Source of the DNA: Fidelibacterota bacterium
GTDB lineage: Bacteria > Fidelibacterota > UBA2242
Length of the DNA stretch: 64,000 nt
Assembly (NCBI GenBank): GCA_016783665.1
Contig: JADHWC010000002.1
Location: 2,371 to 66,370 of the forward strand
Reading direction: 5' to 3'
This document shows, piece by piece, positions 37,773 through 48,535 of the stretch. Every line of letters begins with the position of its first letter. Position 1 is the stretch's first letter. The translations under genes and the position numbers were made by a program. The notes beneath the pieces were generated by a model, which saw only the letters and a program-made list of their open reading frames with translations, was not told the DNA's origin and made no database searches.

Positions 37773-38324
37773 TCATAAAGAATATGTTTGCCATTCTCTT
37801 TTTAAAAGCCCCATCACCAGAAAATCACAATATTTCCCGTGGTGATACATTGCTTCTCGTAGGACACCTTCTTTTACGAAACCGATTTTTTCATATATCT
37901 TAATCGCTGCTAAATTTCCGGAAAAAACATGTAACTGAATACGATTAAGATTTAATGTATTAAATCCGTAGTCGATCATTAATTGCGTCGCCTCTGTGCC
38001 ATATCCTTTGGACCATACGGTTTTATCCATTAGCGCCAGATAGAATATTGCCGACCGACTGATATAGTCGATTCTGAAAAATGCGGTTTGTCCGATAGTT
38101 GCTCCACCAGGTTTTTCAGCAATGGATAGAACAATCGTATCTCTTGATTTGATCTGAGATTCGATTCGTTCTTTTATATGATCTATGTTTACCGGATATG
38201 CCAGGAAGAGAGTTTCACGGATATCAGGATCATTTTCACTTTTATAAAAAAGAAGGGTGTCTCTGGAATCAAATGGTCTTAAAACAATTTTGTTTCCGAT
38301 AATAAATTGTGGTTGATCCATCAA
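37773..38324 (-). CDS. GNAT family N-acetyltransferase (RimJ/RimL-like).
   Basis: Acetyl-CoA binding region (KGYGTEATQLMIDYGF). 183 aa. Confidence 0.7.
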   Translation of the reverse strand: MMDQPQFIIGNKIVLRPFDSRDTLLFYKSENDPDIRETLFLAYPVNIDHIKERIESQIKSRDTIVLSIAEKPGGATIGQTAFFRIDYISRSAIFYLALMDKTVWSKGYGTEATQLMIDYGFNTLNLNRIQLHVFSGNLAAIKIYEKIGFVKEGVLREAMYHHGKYCDFLVMGLLKREWQTYSL

Positions 38325-38595
38325 TAAAGTGTATTATTAAAAATTTTGAAGAGATAAAGAGACCTGATTATTTAAAAACCAATTATATAGCATTGAGTAT
38401 GCGAATTGAAAATTCAGTTTAGATATTGCAATCCCAAACATTAAATAGAATGACATAAAAAACAAGAATACCCAGAAGGATATATAATCCTGTTCTTAAC
38501 ACCCTGTGTTATTCTGAAAGATTTTTTTCTTCTTCTATGATGACTTGCCATGTATAATCCCTGTTTTTATTAACCATACCCTACTGATAATCTAA

Positions 38596-39177
38596 TTATT
38601 CTTTTGAAATTGTTAAATAAAATTTTTCTCTTTTTGCTAAATGGTTGGAAACAACGGTCCAGATATATATCCAAAATACGGCAAATAACACTCCAATCAG
38701 TATTCCGAAAAATACATCAAATGGATAATGAACTCCAACGTATACGCGACTGTAAGAAATTAGTAAGGCTATTGACGCGAAAGCATATTTATATCTTCTG
38801 AAGAAATACAGTAATATCATCATTGCGCCGGTTACGTTTGCGGCGTGATTGGATGGGAATCCATATTTTCCGCCTTTTTTTACCAATAAGCGAACGTCTT
38901 CCAATGATCTCGATGGGCGTATTCGTTTAAAAGTTGGTTTTAATACTCTGGCACATATCGGATCGGTGGCAGATACTGTAAGGAAAATAAGCAATGCCGC
39001 AATTCTTGCTTTTTTGCCGCCGAGTATCAGCATACCGCCCCAGATTAAAAGGATTGGGATTGCCCAATTCCACTGGTTGGTAATAAACGGCATCATCCAG
39101 TCAAAAAACGGATTTGCCATCTTATGGTTAACAATATAGAAGAGAACCCTGTCGATATGTATAAGACCAATAATCAT
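38596..39177 (-). CDS. PAP2-superfamily phosphatase, membrane.
   Basis: KxxxxxxRP (KRIRPSR), SGH-like (PSNHAAN) and SRxxxxxHxxxD (SRVYVGVHYPFDV) motifs. Confidence 0.7.
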   Translation of the reverse strand: MIIGLIHIDRVLFYIVNHKMANPFFDWMMPFITNQWNWAIPILLIWGGMLILGGKKARIAALLIFLTVSATDPICARVLKPTFKRIRPSRSLEDVRLLVKKGGKYGFPSNHAANVTGAMMILLYFFRRYKYAFASIALLISYSRVYVGVHYPFDVFFGILIGVLFAVFWIYIWTVVSNHLAKREKFYLTISKE

Positions 39178-39321
39178 CGTTTTACTTTACCAAAGATAGA
39201 GTATTATGAGAAGAATCTCAAATGTTAATTTTTTAAAATGTTTTTCTGTCAAGTGAATATTGGAAAGCTATTCAAATAGCTTTAAATTTGAATGCGAATT
39301 GTGATGATTAAGGGAAAATTT

Positions 39322-39672
39322 ATGAATTTAATAACAGTCTTAAAATCCAAACTCCACCGGGCAACGGTTACCGAAACAGAACTGGATTACGAAGGCAGCA
39401 TAGCCGTTGACAGGGACCTTATTGAGGCTGTCGGTCTGCATGTTTATGAAAAAGTTCAGGTTTTAAACCTGAACAACGGAGCGCGCTTTGAAACTTATGT
39501 AATAGAAGGTAAGCGAGGTAAGCGGGATATTTGTATTAAGGGAGCAGCGGCACGGTTGGCTCATAAAGGCGACATCGTTATCATTATTGCTTATACTCAT
39601 ATACCTGAATCAGAGGTGGCCTCCTGGAAACCCACCATTATCACACTTGATCCGGATAATAATCCCATATAG
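39322..39672 (+). CDS. panD: Aspartate 1-decarboxylase (pyruvoyl-dependent).
   Basis: MNLITVLKSKLHRATVT N-terminus and the GS self-cleavage site in DYEGSIAVD. The track ORF starts 10 codons earlier at 39292. Confidence 0.85.
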   Translation: MNLITVLKSKLHRATVTETELDYEGSIAVDRDLIEAVGLHVYEKVQVLNLNNGARFETYVIEGKRGKRDICIKGAAARLAHKGDIVIIIAYTHIPESEVASWKPTIITLDPDNNPI

Positions 39673-39880
39673 CGCAACTCATTATCTTACAAAATTTGTT
39701 TGTCCCCCCATTTTAGTGATTAATTTAAAAATATTACTAAATTAAAGGCTAAGTATAAGCTCATGGATTTATGTAAAAACAATTGGAGTAATCGGAATAA
39801 TGAATGGAAATATTTTCTTCTCTTTAAGGGAGCAAAGGTGAGTAGCAGGGAGTAAAAACAGCCGGCACTATGTCAATCGG

Positions 39881-41896
39881 ATGAAATACTATATAAAAAC
39901 AACATTTTTAACGTTACTCAGCCTGATCCTGTTGCTGTTTGTCCTTTTTGTAGACACAACTTTCTATCACGTTCCTTCGTTTATTAAAATATATCGGTTC
40001 GAACGGGAACTCGCCATAATCATTGCTTTTCTGGTTTTATTCCCTGTAATAAAATCGATCTTTACAAGGATAAAATTAGGAGTTAAACAAACCTTACTGT
40101 TTATCTGGGGATCTATCATTTCACTTTTTCTTATTAATCTAGTACCACAGCTATTCTTGAAAAGCTATTTAGTTTTGTGGGATAACAATCCTTTTCTTGC
40201 AGAATACCCGCTTATCTGGAATGTCGTATCGGGATTTTGTACACTCTTTACGATATCCATACTAATTCTAATCCTATTATCGATTAAGGAATTATTGAAT
40301 TATAGACCCAGTAAGTTTTCGAATTTTGAGATGAGCTGTCTGATCTGGTTGTTTCTAATATTTTCATTAATGTTAAATTTTATTGAAGATCGCTACTCTT
40401 TTGAACAGATCATGATTTTGCAAAGCGGTTTTTCATCGATAATTTGGATCTTCGGTGGATTAACGGTCATTGTAACGCTATTGATCAGCTATCATAAACC
40501 CTGGATTGACATCTTAAATAAAAAAGAAAAATACCTGGGATTTATTCTGTGCATTGTTGTATTGCCAATTGGAATTTATCTGATTATGTCCCACTTGCTG
40601 CTTCCAGTTTATGCATTTAGCACAACGGTTAGAGGGTTTGCTTTATCGTCTTTTGCTTTCATAAATGTTTATATGATCGTGTCGTTTTTGGGGCTGTTGT
40701 TTCGGTTGCCGACCGCGTCGCTTTATGATCGGGCCAGCCAGGAAATATTGGCGATATCCAAAATCAGTCAGATGATAAGTTTGAAGGAAAATAGCAGCCA
40801 GGTATTTGATTCTGTCGTTGAATATGTATGCTTGTTGACGGAATCGGACGCATGTTGGTTAATGCTTCAGGATGAAGAATTGGAAAATTTGCCAATAGTG
40901 TCGTCGGTTCATTTATCAGATATTGACCGCTCGACACTTGAACGGCCAGAAGGTTGTTGCCTCGGGAATTGGGTCGCTGATACAAAGAAGCCGGCGCTGG
41001 TACATAATGTTTCAACCGATGCAAGAACCGTTCACTTGAAAATGTTGGATGTAAAATGGAAATCCATTTTAGCCGTACCACTTTTCCGTGACGACTCGGT
41101 AGTTGGCATTCTGTATTCTGCTAAAAAAACAAGTTATGCTTATAATGAAAAAGATCTAAATACGTTGAAGTCTTTTGGTATTCAGATCAATATTGCTTTG
41201 GGGAGCTCAGATATGAGCGGCTCTGCAAAAGTTATAGATGCAGATAGAATTATGAGTAAACCATCCGTTCAAATACTCAACAATGAGAAAATAGAGTTAG
41301 CCGTATCTGTAATAAATAGCGCCAGTACAGGTCTTACTATCGGATTTGTGCCTGTTTCTTCCAAAGAAATCTGTTTCTATTCAGTTTGTTTAACCGAATC
41401 AGGACAGGATTCGGGGTTGGAACTCAGGGGAATATTGAGAACACTTTTTACTCTTGAATCTGATTTAAATAAAGTTTTTATAAAAACAATTGATATACTA
41501 TGTGATAGCAAACGAATAAAAGATTTACTTCTTAATTTGTTTTTATTCGATGAACAACTATCGGAAATACGAGGTGTTTCTAATTTTCCGTTGGCGGTTA
41601 TGTGTTTTAAGCACAGCTCACAAACCACAATATCAAGTACGACTATAATGCTCGAAAATAAACCTGATATCGAATTCAATTTACATACATGTAACTTTCC
41701 AGTAAAATCGGAAGATAGGATTTTAATTATACGGGATCAAGAACCTGGGAAAGTAAAATTTAAAGAACTAATTACTACTCTGGATTCGACTTCTGTATCT
41801 CAAATATTGGAAATGGTTTATAAAAAAATAGATCCTGACTCTCTGTTTGAAAATCAACAGATATCAGGAATAATAAGTGCTATAAAAGTTAAGTAG
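39881..41896 (+). CDS. Multi-pass membrane protein with a cytoplasmic GAF-like domain. Possibly a sensor with no recognisable output domain.
   Basis: About 8-10 N-terminal TM helices. The central region (approximately residues 300-440) looks GAF-like. The C-terminal 230 aa are unassigned. Confidence 0.55.
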   Translation: MKYYIKTTFLTLLSLILLLFVLFVDTTFYHVPSFIKIYRFERELAIIIAFLVLFPVIKSIFTRIKLGVKQTLLFIWGSIISLFLINLVPQLFLKSYLVLWDNNPFLAEYPLIWNVVSGFCTLFTISILILILLSIKELLNYRPSKFSNFEMSCLIWLFLIFSLMLNFIEDRYSFEQIMILQSGFSSIIWIFGGLTVIVTLLISYHKPWIDILNKKEKYLGFILCIVVLPIGIYLIMSHLLLPVYAFSTTVRGFALSSFAFINVYMIVSFLGLLFRLPTASLYDRASQEILAISKISQMISLKENSSQVFDSVVEYVCLLTESDACWLMLQDEELENLPIVSSVHLSDIDRSTLERPEGCCLGNWVADTKKPALVHNVSTDARTVHLKMLDVKWKSILAVPLFRDDSVVGILYSAKKTSYAYNEKDLNTLKSFGIQINIALGSSDMSGSAKVIDADRIMSKPSVQILNNEKIELAVSVINSASTGLTIGFVPVSSKEICFYSVCLTESGQDSGLELRGILRTLFTLESDLNKVFIKTIDILCDSKRIKDLLLNLFLFDEQLSEIRGVSNFPLAVMCFKHSSQTTISSTTIMLENKPDIEFNLHTCNFPVKSEDRILIIRDQEPGKVKFKELITTLDSTSVSQILEMVYKKIDPDSLFENQQISGIISAIKVK

Positions 41897-41916
41897 TCGT
41901 CCCAGAAAAACTCATT

Positions 41917-42555
41917 TCAAGTAGTTATTAAAAGATCGATCTCCGCTCTATATGTTAAAAGCACTTTTCTATAGATTATTTCTACCAAAGAACGAATATA
42001 ATATTTGGACAAAAAGAAAATTGCGAGCAATTTTCTCAAATTAAATCCACAACCACATAAAAGAGCATTGATCTGGTCATCTTCCTGACCCTTCAGATAG
42101 TTTCTTCCCATTCTGTTATCTGTTTTCAGATGTCCGAATATCGGCTCAATGGCTGCTCGTCGCTTAATCCACATTCGGGCTTGTTGAGTCAATTTCTTTA
42201 TGGTACGATAATTGACAATCTGAATCTTTGCGTTTCCTTGATAATTGTGACGCCTAAAACCTAAATCCACATTTACTTGCTTTGTATCCCAACCGACAAA
42301 AGATTTTACGTCGTCCAAAGTCTCCTGTAAAGTATGCCCATCATAAGGATTTCCATGAAATGCACCTATTCCAACAATCCAATTATCTCTGGAGGTAGTT
42401 GCCATTCCAACCTTGCACCCGAATTCATAACGCTTATGCACTTTGCCCCTGGAAATACATTCTACCTCAAGTGCATGCACACTGTAAAGTTTGTTTTTAC
42501 TATTCCGTTTCTGTGATAATAATTTCTCAACTCCTGATTCCCCGATCCGTTGACG
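41917..42555 (-). pseudogene. IS5/IS1182-family transposase, C-terminal fragment (decayed IS).
   Basis: IEPIFGHLKTDNRMGRNYLKG...CGCGFNLRKLL matches the C-terminal DDE region of IS1182/IS5 transposases. The N-terminal ~250 aa are missing. The frame is open upstream to an in-frame stop at 42556. Confidence 0.6.
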
Positions 42556-42599
42556 CTAACGGGTCATACTACTCGGATCAATCGGAAAATGATGCTGGA

Positions 42600-42786
42600 A
42601 ATAATCATATCCGGGAACAAGATTCGCAACACCTGCCATCCCCGGTCGCATCCGCAGTCGGGATGATGATACTGACTAGCGGTTTGCGGTCGGGATCGTC
42701 CCGGTGAATCTTGATCTAGCCTTTGGATTCACCATTGAGGTATTTGGCAAAGGGACGGTTGATGTTGCCGGTGAGAGTCTTGTAGA
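42600..42786 (-). pseudogene. Remnant of a family-2 glycosyltransferase N-terminus, interrupted by a stop and a frameshift.
   Basis: ATG at 42786, directly after the wecB stop. A TAG follows after 24 codons, then KPLVSIIIPT (the GT2 signature), after which the frame degenerates. Confidence 0.3.
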
Positions 42787-43854
42787 TCATAGGAAGTCGG
42801 TTTTTAGTATTTCGGCTATTTTTCCGCTGGCATTTCCGTCACCGAAAACCTCATCTTGATTGTAATCGAATGACCGGAGTCCCCGCAGCTTTTTCGGTAT
42901 TAATTCAAAATTATTCCCGATCAGATGTGCCCAGCCGTTTTCAACTAACTCTACCCACTCAGTCTCTCCGCGAATTACCAGACAGGGAACCCGCGCAAAA
43001 AAGGCTTCTTTTTGCACGCCACCGGAATCAGTGATTATCGCCCGGGCATGTTTTTCTAGCACAATCATCTCTTGATATAAAACAGGTTCAATAAGTTTCA
43101 GGTTATTGGAATTGACCGCAATATTGAATTTCCTCATTAGGTTTCGTGTACGTGGATGAATAGGGAGTAAGATAAGTTCGTTTAAGTTCTCTAAAGTACT
43201 GATAAGTGTTTTTAGGATAGTGGGATTATCAGTGTTTTGTGGACGATGTATGGTTACCAGGATAAATTCATTGGAATCCAGTTGAAATTTTTTGAGAACT
43301 TCGTCTGCTTTGATTTGATTGAGATTAAACAGAAATGAATCGAACATGACGTCACCAACATTATAGACACCGTCGGTCTGACCTTCTTTAGATAAATTAT
43401 TAACTGCGGTTTGCGTCGGGACAAACAGATATTTCGATAATTTATCCGAGACGATGCGGTTAATTTCCTCGGGCATTTTGCGGTTAAAACTACGCAGACC
43501 GGCTTCCACATGAGCTACAGGTATATGCAGTTTTGAAGCTGCCAGTGCGCTGGCAATTGTTGAATTTGTATCACCGTAAATCAACACAATGTCCGGTTTC
43601 AGGTCAATCAGGATTTTTTCGATTGCTATCAACATTTTTGCGGTCTGTTCACCATGATTTGCAGAGCCGACACCCAGATTGTAGTCGGGTTCGGGAATTG
43701 ATAATTCTCGGAAAAATGATTCTGACATATTTTTATCGTAGTGTTGACCAGTATGAATGATTATTTCATTGAAATATTTACGCAATTTTCGTGAAACCGG
43801 AGCGCATTTGATAAATTGCGGTCGGGCTCCGACGATGGTGGCAATTTCAGGCAT
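42787..43854 (-). CDS. wecB: UDP-N-acetylglucosamine 2-epimerase (non-hydrolysing).
   Basis: GARPQFIK N-terminus. HVEAGLRS and the GDSGG-like region (TDSGGVQKEA). Confidence 0.85.
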   Translation of the reverse strand: MPEIATIVGARPQFIKCAPVSRKLRKYFNEIIIHTGQHYDKNMSESFFRELSIPEPDYNLGVGSANHGEQTAKMLIAIEKILIDLKPDIVLIYGDTNSTIASALAASKLHIPVAHVEAGLRSFNRKMPEEINRIVSDKLSKYLFVPTQTAVNNLSKEGQTDGVYNVGDVMFDSFLFNLNQIKADEVLKKFQLDSNEFILVTIHRPQNTDNPTILKTLISTLENLNELILLPIHPRTRNLMRKFNIAVNSNNLKLIEPVLYQEMIVLEKHARAIITDSGGVQKEAFFARVPCLVIRGETEWVELVENGWAHLIGNNFELIPKKLRGLRSFDYNQDEVFGDGNASGKIAEILKTDFL

Positions 43855-44325
43855 TAGACGGACTTCAAATTCTTCGAATCATAATAAACATCATAAAAAA
43901 CAGTATAAACATATTGGTATTTTTATAGGCTTTTGAATATCTTTTCAATAGCATAAAGAGGTATGTTTCTAATTTTACCATCGAATGAAAAGTTTTTCAT
44001 TGAAGCTTTTATCCCCATTGGAAAGGAACATTTCGGAATACTTTTAAAAGGTTTGGGATTTGAATTTTACGACTGTATTTATTAAAGTCGAAAATATAAG
44101 TATTGAGTCCACTAAAAAAATTAGATATTAACACAATGAATATTTTTTACTAAAACCGACAATATTCCAACAATCTCTCAAAAAGTATCTGATTTTACCG
44201 GCAAATAGATGGTATGACAAGGCGGATTTAAATCGATGAGTGAAGTTTCGATATGTATATATCGGTTGAGAAAAGGATTTACGAATTGCGCGAATCAGAT
44301 TTTTTCTCGGAATCATATTAAATTT

Positions 44326-45087
44326 CTATAATGTGATTTTAAACTGGTATGGTGATGTCTCACTTCCAACAATCATTGTATTTTCACCTTTATTAAGAAT
44401 GGCTTTATAATTGGATATATTGCCTCCAATATTTTTTTCGTTTACAATAGTACCGAGACTGCTGCCCCTGTCCAGTACATAGAATTGATTACCGTAAAAG
44501 TTTATAGACAGGTGATTTTTAGAAACATTATAGGGCATTTTATCTTCGATAAACATATCATTATTGACAAATATTGCATCGTAACTTTGGGAGCTTTCCC
44601 TGCCAATCTTAAACGGGAATTTTTTAATTATGCGTTCTTTGTTGTTTAATAATTTTTTAGCTTCACCAGTGATTCCTGAAATTCTAACGACTTTTACTGA
44701 AGTATCCTCGGTTACCGTATCGGATATTCCGGTTTTATTTTCTAATCGAACAACCAAATCGTTAGTCTGGCGCAATCTTTCAAAAAATGCACGTAAAATG
44801 GGGATTATAAAGGATTTTTTTACATCGACCAAACCCATAAAATCTTCCCGGGAAATTTCGTCGACGATAACCAGGCTTTTTGCAATAATTGTTGCTGAAC
44901 GAGGTTTGTCTTCAATCAATCCCATTTCACCGAAGATTTCCTGTGCTTCAAGAGTCGCTAGGAGAATATCTTCAACATTAGTTTTTTTACGAACTTCAAC
45001 GCTGCCCTGCTTAAGAATAAATGCCGAATCGCCAAATGTTCCTTCTTTTATGATGATCTCGCCAGAATTGTATTGCATCTCTTTCAT
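44326..45087 (-). CDS. Cyclic-nucleotide-binding domain protein fused to an FHA domain.
   Basis: N-terminal cNMP-binding fold (FGEMGLIEDKPRSATIIA). C-terminal FHA-like region (FKIGRESSQSYDAIF...HLSINFYGNQFYVLDRGSSLGTIVN). Confidence 0.65.
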   Translation of the reverse strand: MKEMQYNSGEIIIKEGTFGDSAFILKQGSVEVRKKTNVEDILLATLEAQEIFGEMGLIEDKPRSATIIAKSLVIVDEISREDFMGLVDVKKSFIIPILRAFFERLRQTNDLVVRLENKTGISDTVTEDTSVKVVRISGITGEAKKLLNNKERIIKKFPFKIGRESSQSYDAIFVNNDMFIEDKMPYNVSKNHLSINFYGNQFYVLDRGSSLGTIVNEKNIGGNISNYKAILNKGENTMIVGSETSPYQFKITL

Positions 45088-45409
45088 TGAATCGCTCCTT
45101 TTTGATTCGATTAAATATAATAAAAATTATGATTAAGTTAAATGATTATGACGCTCCCTGAAAAATACACATCTTTTTTCTAAGTAATTGATATATAATG
45201 ATTTTATTTAAAAATGAGGATAAAATAGTATTGTCTTCGATGTTCAATAACACGTATTTTATAATCTGTCATAGCGATCCATTTGGGATGTTCCTTACCC
45301 AAGATTCACTATTTCCGGGAACAAAAGATAAAATCAAGTAGATACTGTTATTTGCGCTCTATATGTTATTGATGTTCTGTGTGGCGTATCTGCTGACAAA
45401 TTGAGTCTG

Positions 45410-45568
45410 TCTTTACCCGGAGATGATAAAACCGATCAGTGCACCCCAGATAATGCTGATATATGGATTGCTGGTTAGAGGGCAAGCGCCTGTACGGCAA
45501 CCGATGAATTTATAACAGGCAAAGCCCAATGCTCCGCTGATAACAGTTGCAATGATTCTTGCTGCCAA
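45410..45568 (-). CDS. Small (~52 aa) membrane protein with a Cys motif. TTG start with a strong ribosome-binding site. Below the ORF-track size cutoff.
   Basis: AAGGAG-cataaa-TTG, then LAARIIATVISGALGFACYKFIGCRTGACPLTSNPYISIIWGALIGFI... The exact 3' end is uncertain by 1-2 nt. Confidence 0.3.
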
Positions 45569-45754
45569 TTTATGCTCCTTAATGAAGGTTTTAATGCTGT
45601 GTTCTTTTTATACATCGATCATAGTTTCTCTTATTATGCGGTGCAGGATTACAATATTATTTCAAACTTCATCCACTCAGATACATATAGATGAATTCGG
45701 TTACAGGAAATTTCAATTAAAAACTGTGTATATGATTAAGACATTCGTCTTGAG

Positions 45755-47230
45755 TTAAGTTTTAAATCCTTTTGCAATATTCACTCTTGCCGTACAGCCA
45801 TCGATCCGTTCATAATCACCCACATGCGGATCAAAGCGATAGTCTTTTTGCCATTCTTTGTAATTGATGACAATCTCTTTAATCGCAAAGGCGATCAGGT
45901 CTACTTCCTTATCGGTCAGAGTAGGGTGGAGGGAGACGCGCACCCAGCCGGGCTTGATGCTAAGGTCGCCGTGGTCAATCTTTTCCGTGATCTCTCTGGA
46001 TTTTTCTTCGTTGATATGCAACAGCACATGCCCGTAGGTGCCGGCACAGAGGCAGCCGCCGCGGGTCTGGATACCGTATCGGTCGTTCAACAGACGCACA
46101 AAAAGATTATGATGGATGTTGAGGGAATAAAATGAGATAAACCCGATGCGATTGCGGTTCTGTTTTTCAAGGATTTCAATCCTGTCAATGCGCTCCAGCT
46201 GATCCAGGAAACGGATGGTTTGCCGGTGTTCCCGTTCCATTAGCTTGTCTACGCCCATTTCTTCCTTGAGCAGAATTGCGAGTGAGGCTTTGATCGCCTG
46301 CAGGAAGCCGGGAGTTCCGCCGTTCTCACGAACCTCGATATCATTGAAAAAGCGATGCTTGTGCCAGGGAGTAGTCCAGGCGACTGTCCCTCCGCCGGGA
46401 TGATCGGGGACAGAGCAATCGTAGAGTTTTTTATTAAAAATAATGACGCCCGATGCACCCGGTCCGCCTAAGAATTTATGCGGTGAGAAAAAGATGGCGT
46501 CCAGTCGCTGCTCTCTATTTTTAGGATGCATGTTAATTGATACGTATGGCGCCGAAGCGGAAAAGTCCACAAAGCACAGCCTGTTGTATTCGTGCATGAT
46601 TTCCGCCATGTCGTGATAAGGCGTGATGATGCCGGTGACGTTGGAACAGGTGGTAAAAGACCCGATGATCAGATTCCGTTCTTTGTTCATTTCAAGAATA
46701 TCCCGCAGATGGTCAAGATTTGGCGTGCCGTCGGATTTTTTGCAGAGGATAGCAATATCGACACAACATTCTTCCCAGGTGGTCTGGTTGGAATGATGCT
46801 CCATATGAGTGACGATCACCAGCGGACGTTCTTTCTCACACATAGTTATTTTGTCTTTGTATTTTTCCGGTATTCGCAGACCGAGGATGCGCTGGAATTT
46901 ATTTATCACCGCCGTCATGCCAAACCCCGCAAAGAGCAGGACATCGACTTCTGATGCATTGACGTGTCGTTTGATAATGTCATGAGCCTGATGATAGGCG
47001 GAGGTCATGATTGTGCCTGTGAGAGTGCTTTCCGTATGGGTGTTGGCGACATAAGGGCCCAGTTTGCGGGAGATGTAGTCCTCAATTGGTTTATACAATC
47101 TGCCGCTGGCTGCCCAATCGGCATAAATGATTGGTTTTTTGCCCGAAGGGAATTGATGTTTAAAACCGTAGCCGACGACATTCTGACGGAATTTTTGAAA
47201 ATATTTTTCAAGAGAAGTTGATGATGTCAT
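45755..47230 (-). CDS. Aminotransferase class V-fold PLP enzyme (cysteine desulfurase-like, 491 aa).
   Basis: SPHKFLGGPGASGV PLP-lysine region. It is about 90 aa longer than NifS/SufS. Confidence 0.7.
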   Translation of the reverse strand: MTSSTSLEKYFQKFRQNVVGYGFKHQFPSGKKPIIYADWAASGRLYKPIEDYISRKLGPYVANTHTESTLTGTIMTSAYHQAHDIIKRHVNASEVDVLLFAGFGMTAVINKFQRILGLRIPEKYKDKITMCEKERPLVIVTHMEHHSNQTTWEECCVDIAILCKKSDGTPNLDHLRDILEMNKERNLIIGSFTTCSNVTGIITPYHDMAEIMHEYNRLCFVDFSASAPYVSINMHPKNREQRLDAIFFSPHKFLGGPGASGVIIFNKKLYDCSVPDHPGGGTVAWTTPWHKHRFFNDIEVRENGGTPGFLQAIKASLAILLKEEMGVDKLMEREHRQTIRFLDQLERIDRIEILEKQNRNRIGFISFYSLNIHHNLFVRLLNDRYGIQTRGGCLCAGTYGHVLLHINEEKSREITEKIDHGDLSIKPGWVRVSLHPTLTDKEVDLIAFAIKEIVINYKEWQKDYRFDPHVGDYERIDGCTARVNIAKGFKT

Positions 47231-47518
47231 AATTTAACGCGTGTTTAATCTGTTCTTAATTATTCTGTCAGTAGAAAATATAAGAAATCCTTTGCATTTG
47301 AGTTACAGATTTTTCATGTATTTTAAAGTAAAATCCTTGAAATTTAAGTTGCTGGTCTGAAAGAAGACTTTTTATGAAACGAAATAGCCATCAACAGATT
47401 AAGACTGAAAGATGTTACCGGGTAATGACAGCCTATCAATCCGTATATCCCGTTCCGCTCGTTTTGCGAGTAGGAGATAATAGAAAAATAGAGTTGAAAA
47501 AAATATTTTCACTGCTTT

Positions 47519-48310
47519 TTAGGAAATTTTCTTTACTCTGCGCGCCACTAATTTTCTGATCTTTTTGTAACTCGGCGGCGGACCGGTACGTACCAGCTTG
47601 TCATTAATATAAAAAGCATCGCTGATACCCCATTCACACACGACCTCTTTATCAAAAGTATTGATCTCCCGAAATTCGACTTTGTCTGGAAACTCTTCAG
47701 CAATACACTTTGCCCGTTCGTAAGTCAGATTCTGCGCCGGACACCAACCATTTTTAAAAAGGGTCAAAACTACTTTATCGGAATTCAATCCCAAATCCAT
47801 ATCCTTTTTTGGCTTGATCCATGACGGCGGCAGAGCATCATCGGTAAAGGGTTTCCAGAGCAATACCTGACCGCCCATATTTTCGACTTTTTTGTAGCCA
47901 TGTTTTTTGAACCACGAGGCTTTCATCCAGAAGGGGAGGGCGACACCCCAGGCAGCCAGACCTTTGGCGCCGAGCTGTTTGATGTCTTCTTCGGCGGCTT
48001 TCAGCAATGCTTTTCCCATACCCTGTTTTTGAAAGTTGCCGCGACCTTTTTTATAACCATGAACCCAGATGCAATTGATGAAATACAGATCTTTGCCCTC
48101 GACAAAGGAATATTCGATCGGCAGGTAATGGATCATTCCACCGAGAATACCGTCATCGTCAGCGGCAAATTTTATACGAAGTCCTTTATCTTTCATCTTG
48201 TTGTACCAGATTTCCTTATGATTACCGGCTTCTTTTATTTCATCCGACCAGTCTTCGAGACACATAAAGTACAAATGCCTGTTTTCATCGTTTAAATTGA
48301 TGATTTGCAT
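47519..48310 (-). CDS. GNAT acetyltransferase fused to a thioredoxin-like domain.
   Basis: N-terminal GNAT motif (KKGRGNFQKQGMGKALL). C-terminal thioredoxin-fold region with a single Cys (NGWCPAQ). Confidence 0.55.
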   Translation of the reverse strand: MQIINLNDENRHLYFMCLEDWSDEIKEAGNHKEIWYNKMKDKGLRIKFAADDDGILGGMIHYLPIEYSFVEGKDLYFINCIWVHGYKKGRGNFQKQGMGKALLKAAEEDIKQLGAKGLAAWGVALPFWMKASWFKKHGYKKVENMGGQVLLWKPFTDDALPPSWIKPKKDMDLGLNSDKVVLTLFKNGWCPAQNLTYERAKCIAEEFPDKVEFREINTFDKEVVCEWGISDAFYINDKLVRTGPPPSYKKIRKLVARRVKKIS

Positions 48311-48461
48311 GGTAATTCCCTCCGAAGATATGTTTACTTTTCATTGTTCAATATATCACAAAATAATAAATATGGCAATATTTTGGTGATGGTTTCGAAA
48401 TAAATGGAAGATTATTGATGTGATGGAAATAAAAAAGCTTCCATTATCGGAGATAACTTTG

Positions 48462-48535
48462 TAGCGGTGCAGGGACTCGAACCCCGGACACGCGGATTAT
48501 GATTCCGCTGCTCTAACCAACTGAGCTACACCGCC
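48462..48535 (-). tRNA. tRNA-Met (anticodon CAT).
   Basis: The minus strand reads GGCGGTG TA GCTC AGTTGGTTA GAGC A GCGGA ATCATAA TCCGC GTGTC CGGGG TTCGAGT CCCTG CACCGCT A. Clean cloverleaf, G1-U72 wobble, CAU anticodon. Elongator Met, initiator and Ile2(k2C) cannot be distinguished by eye. Confidence 0.75.
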
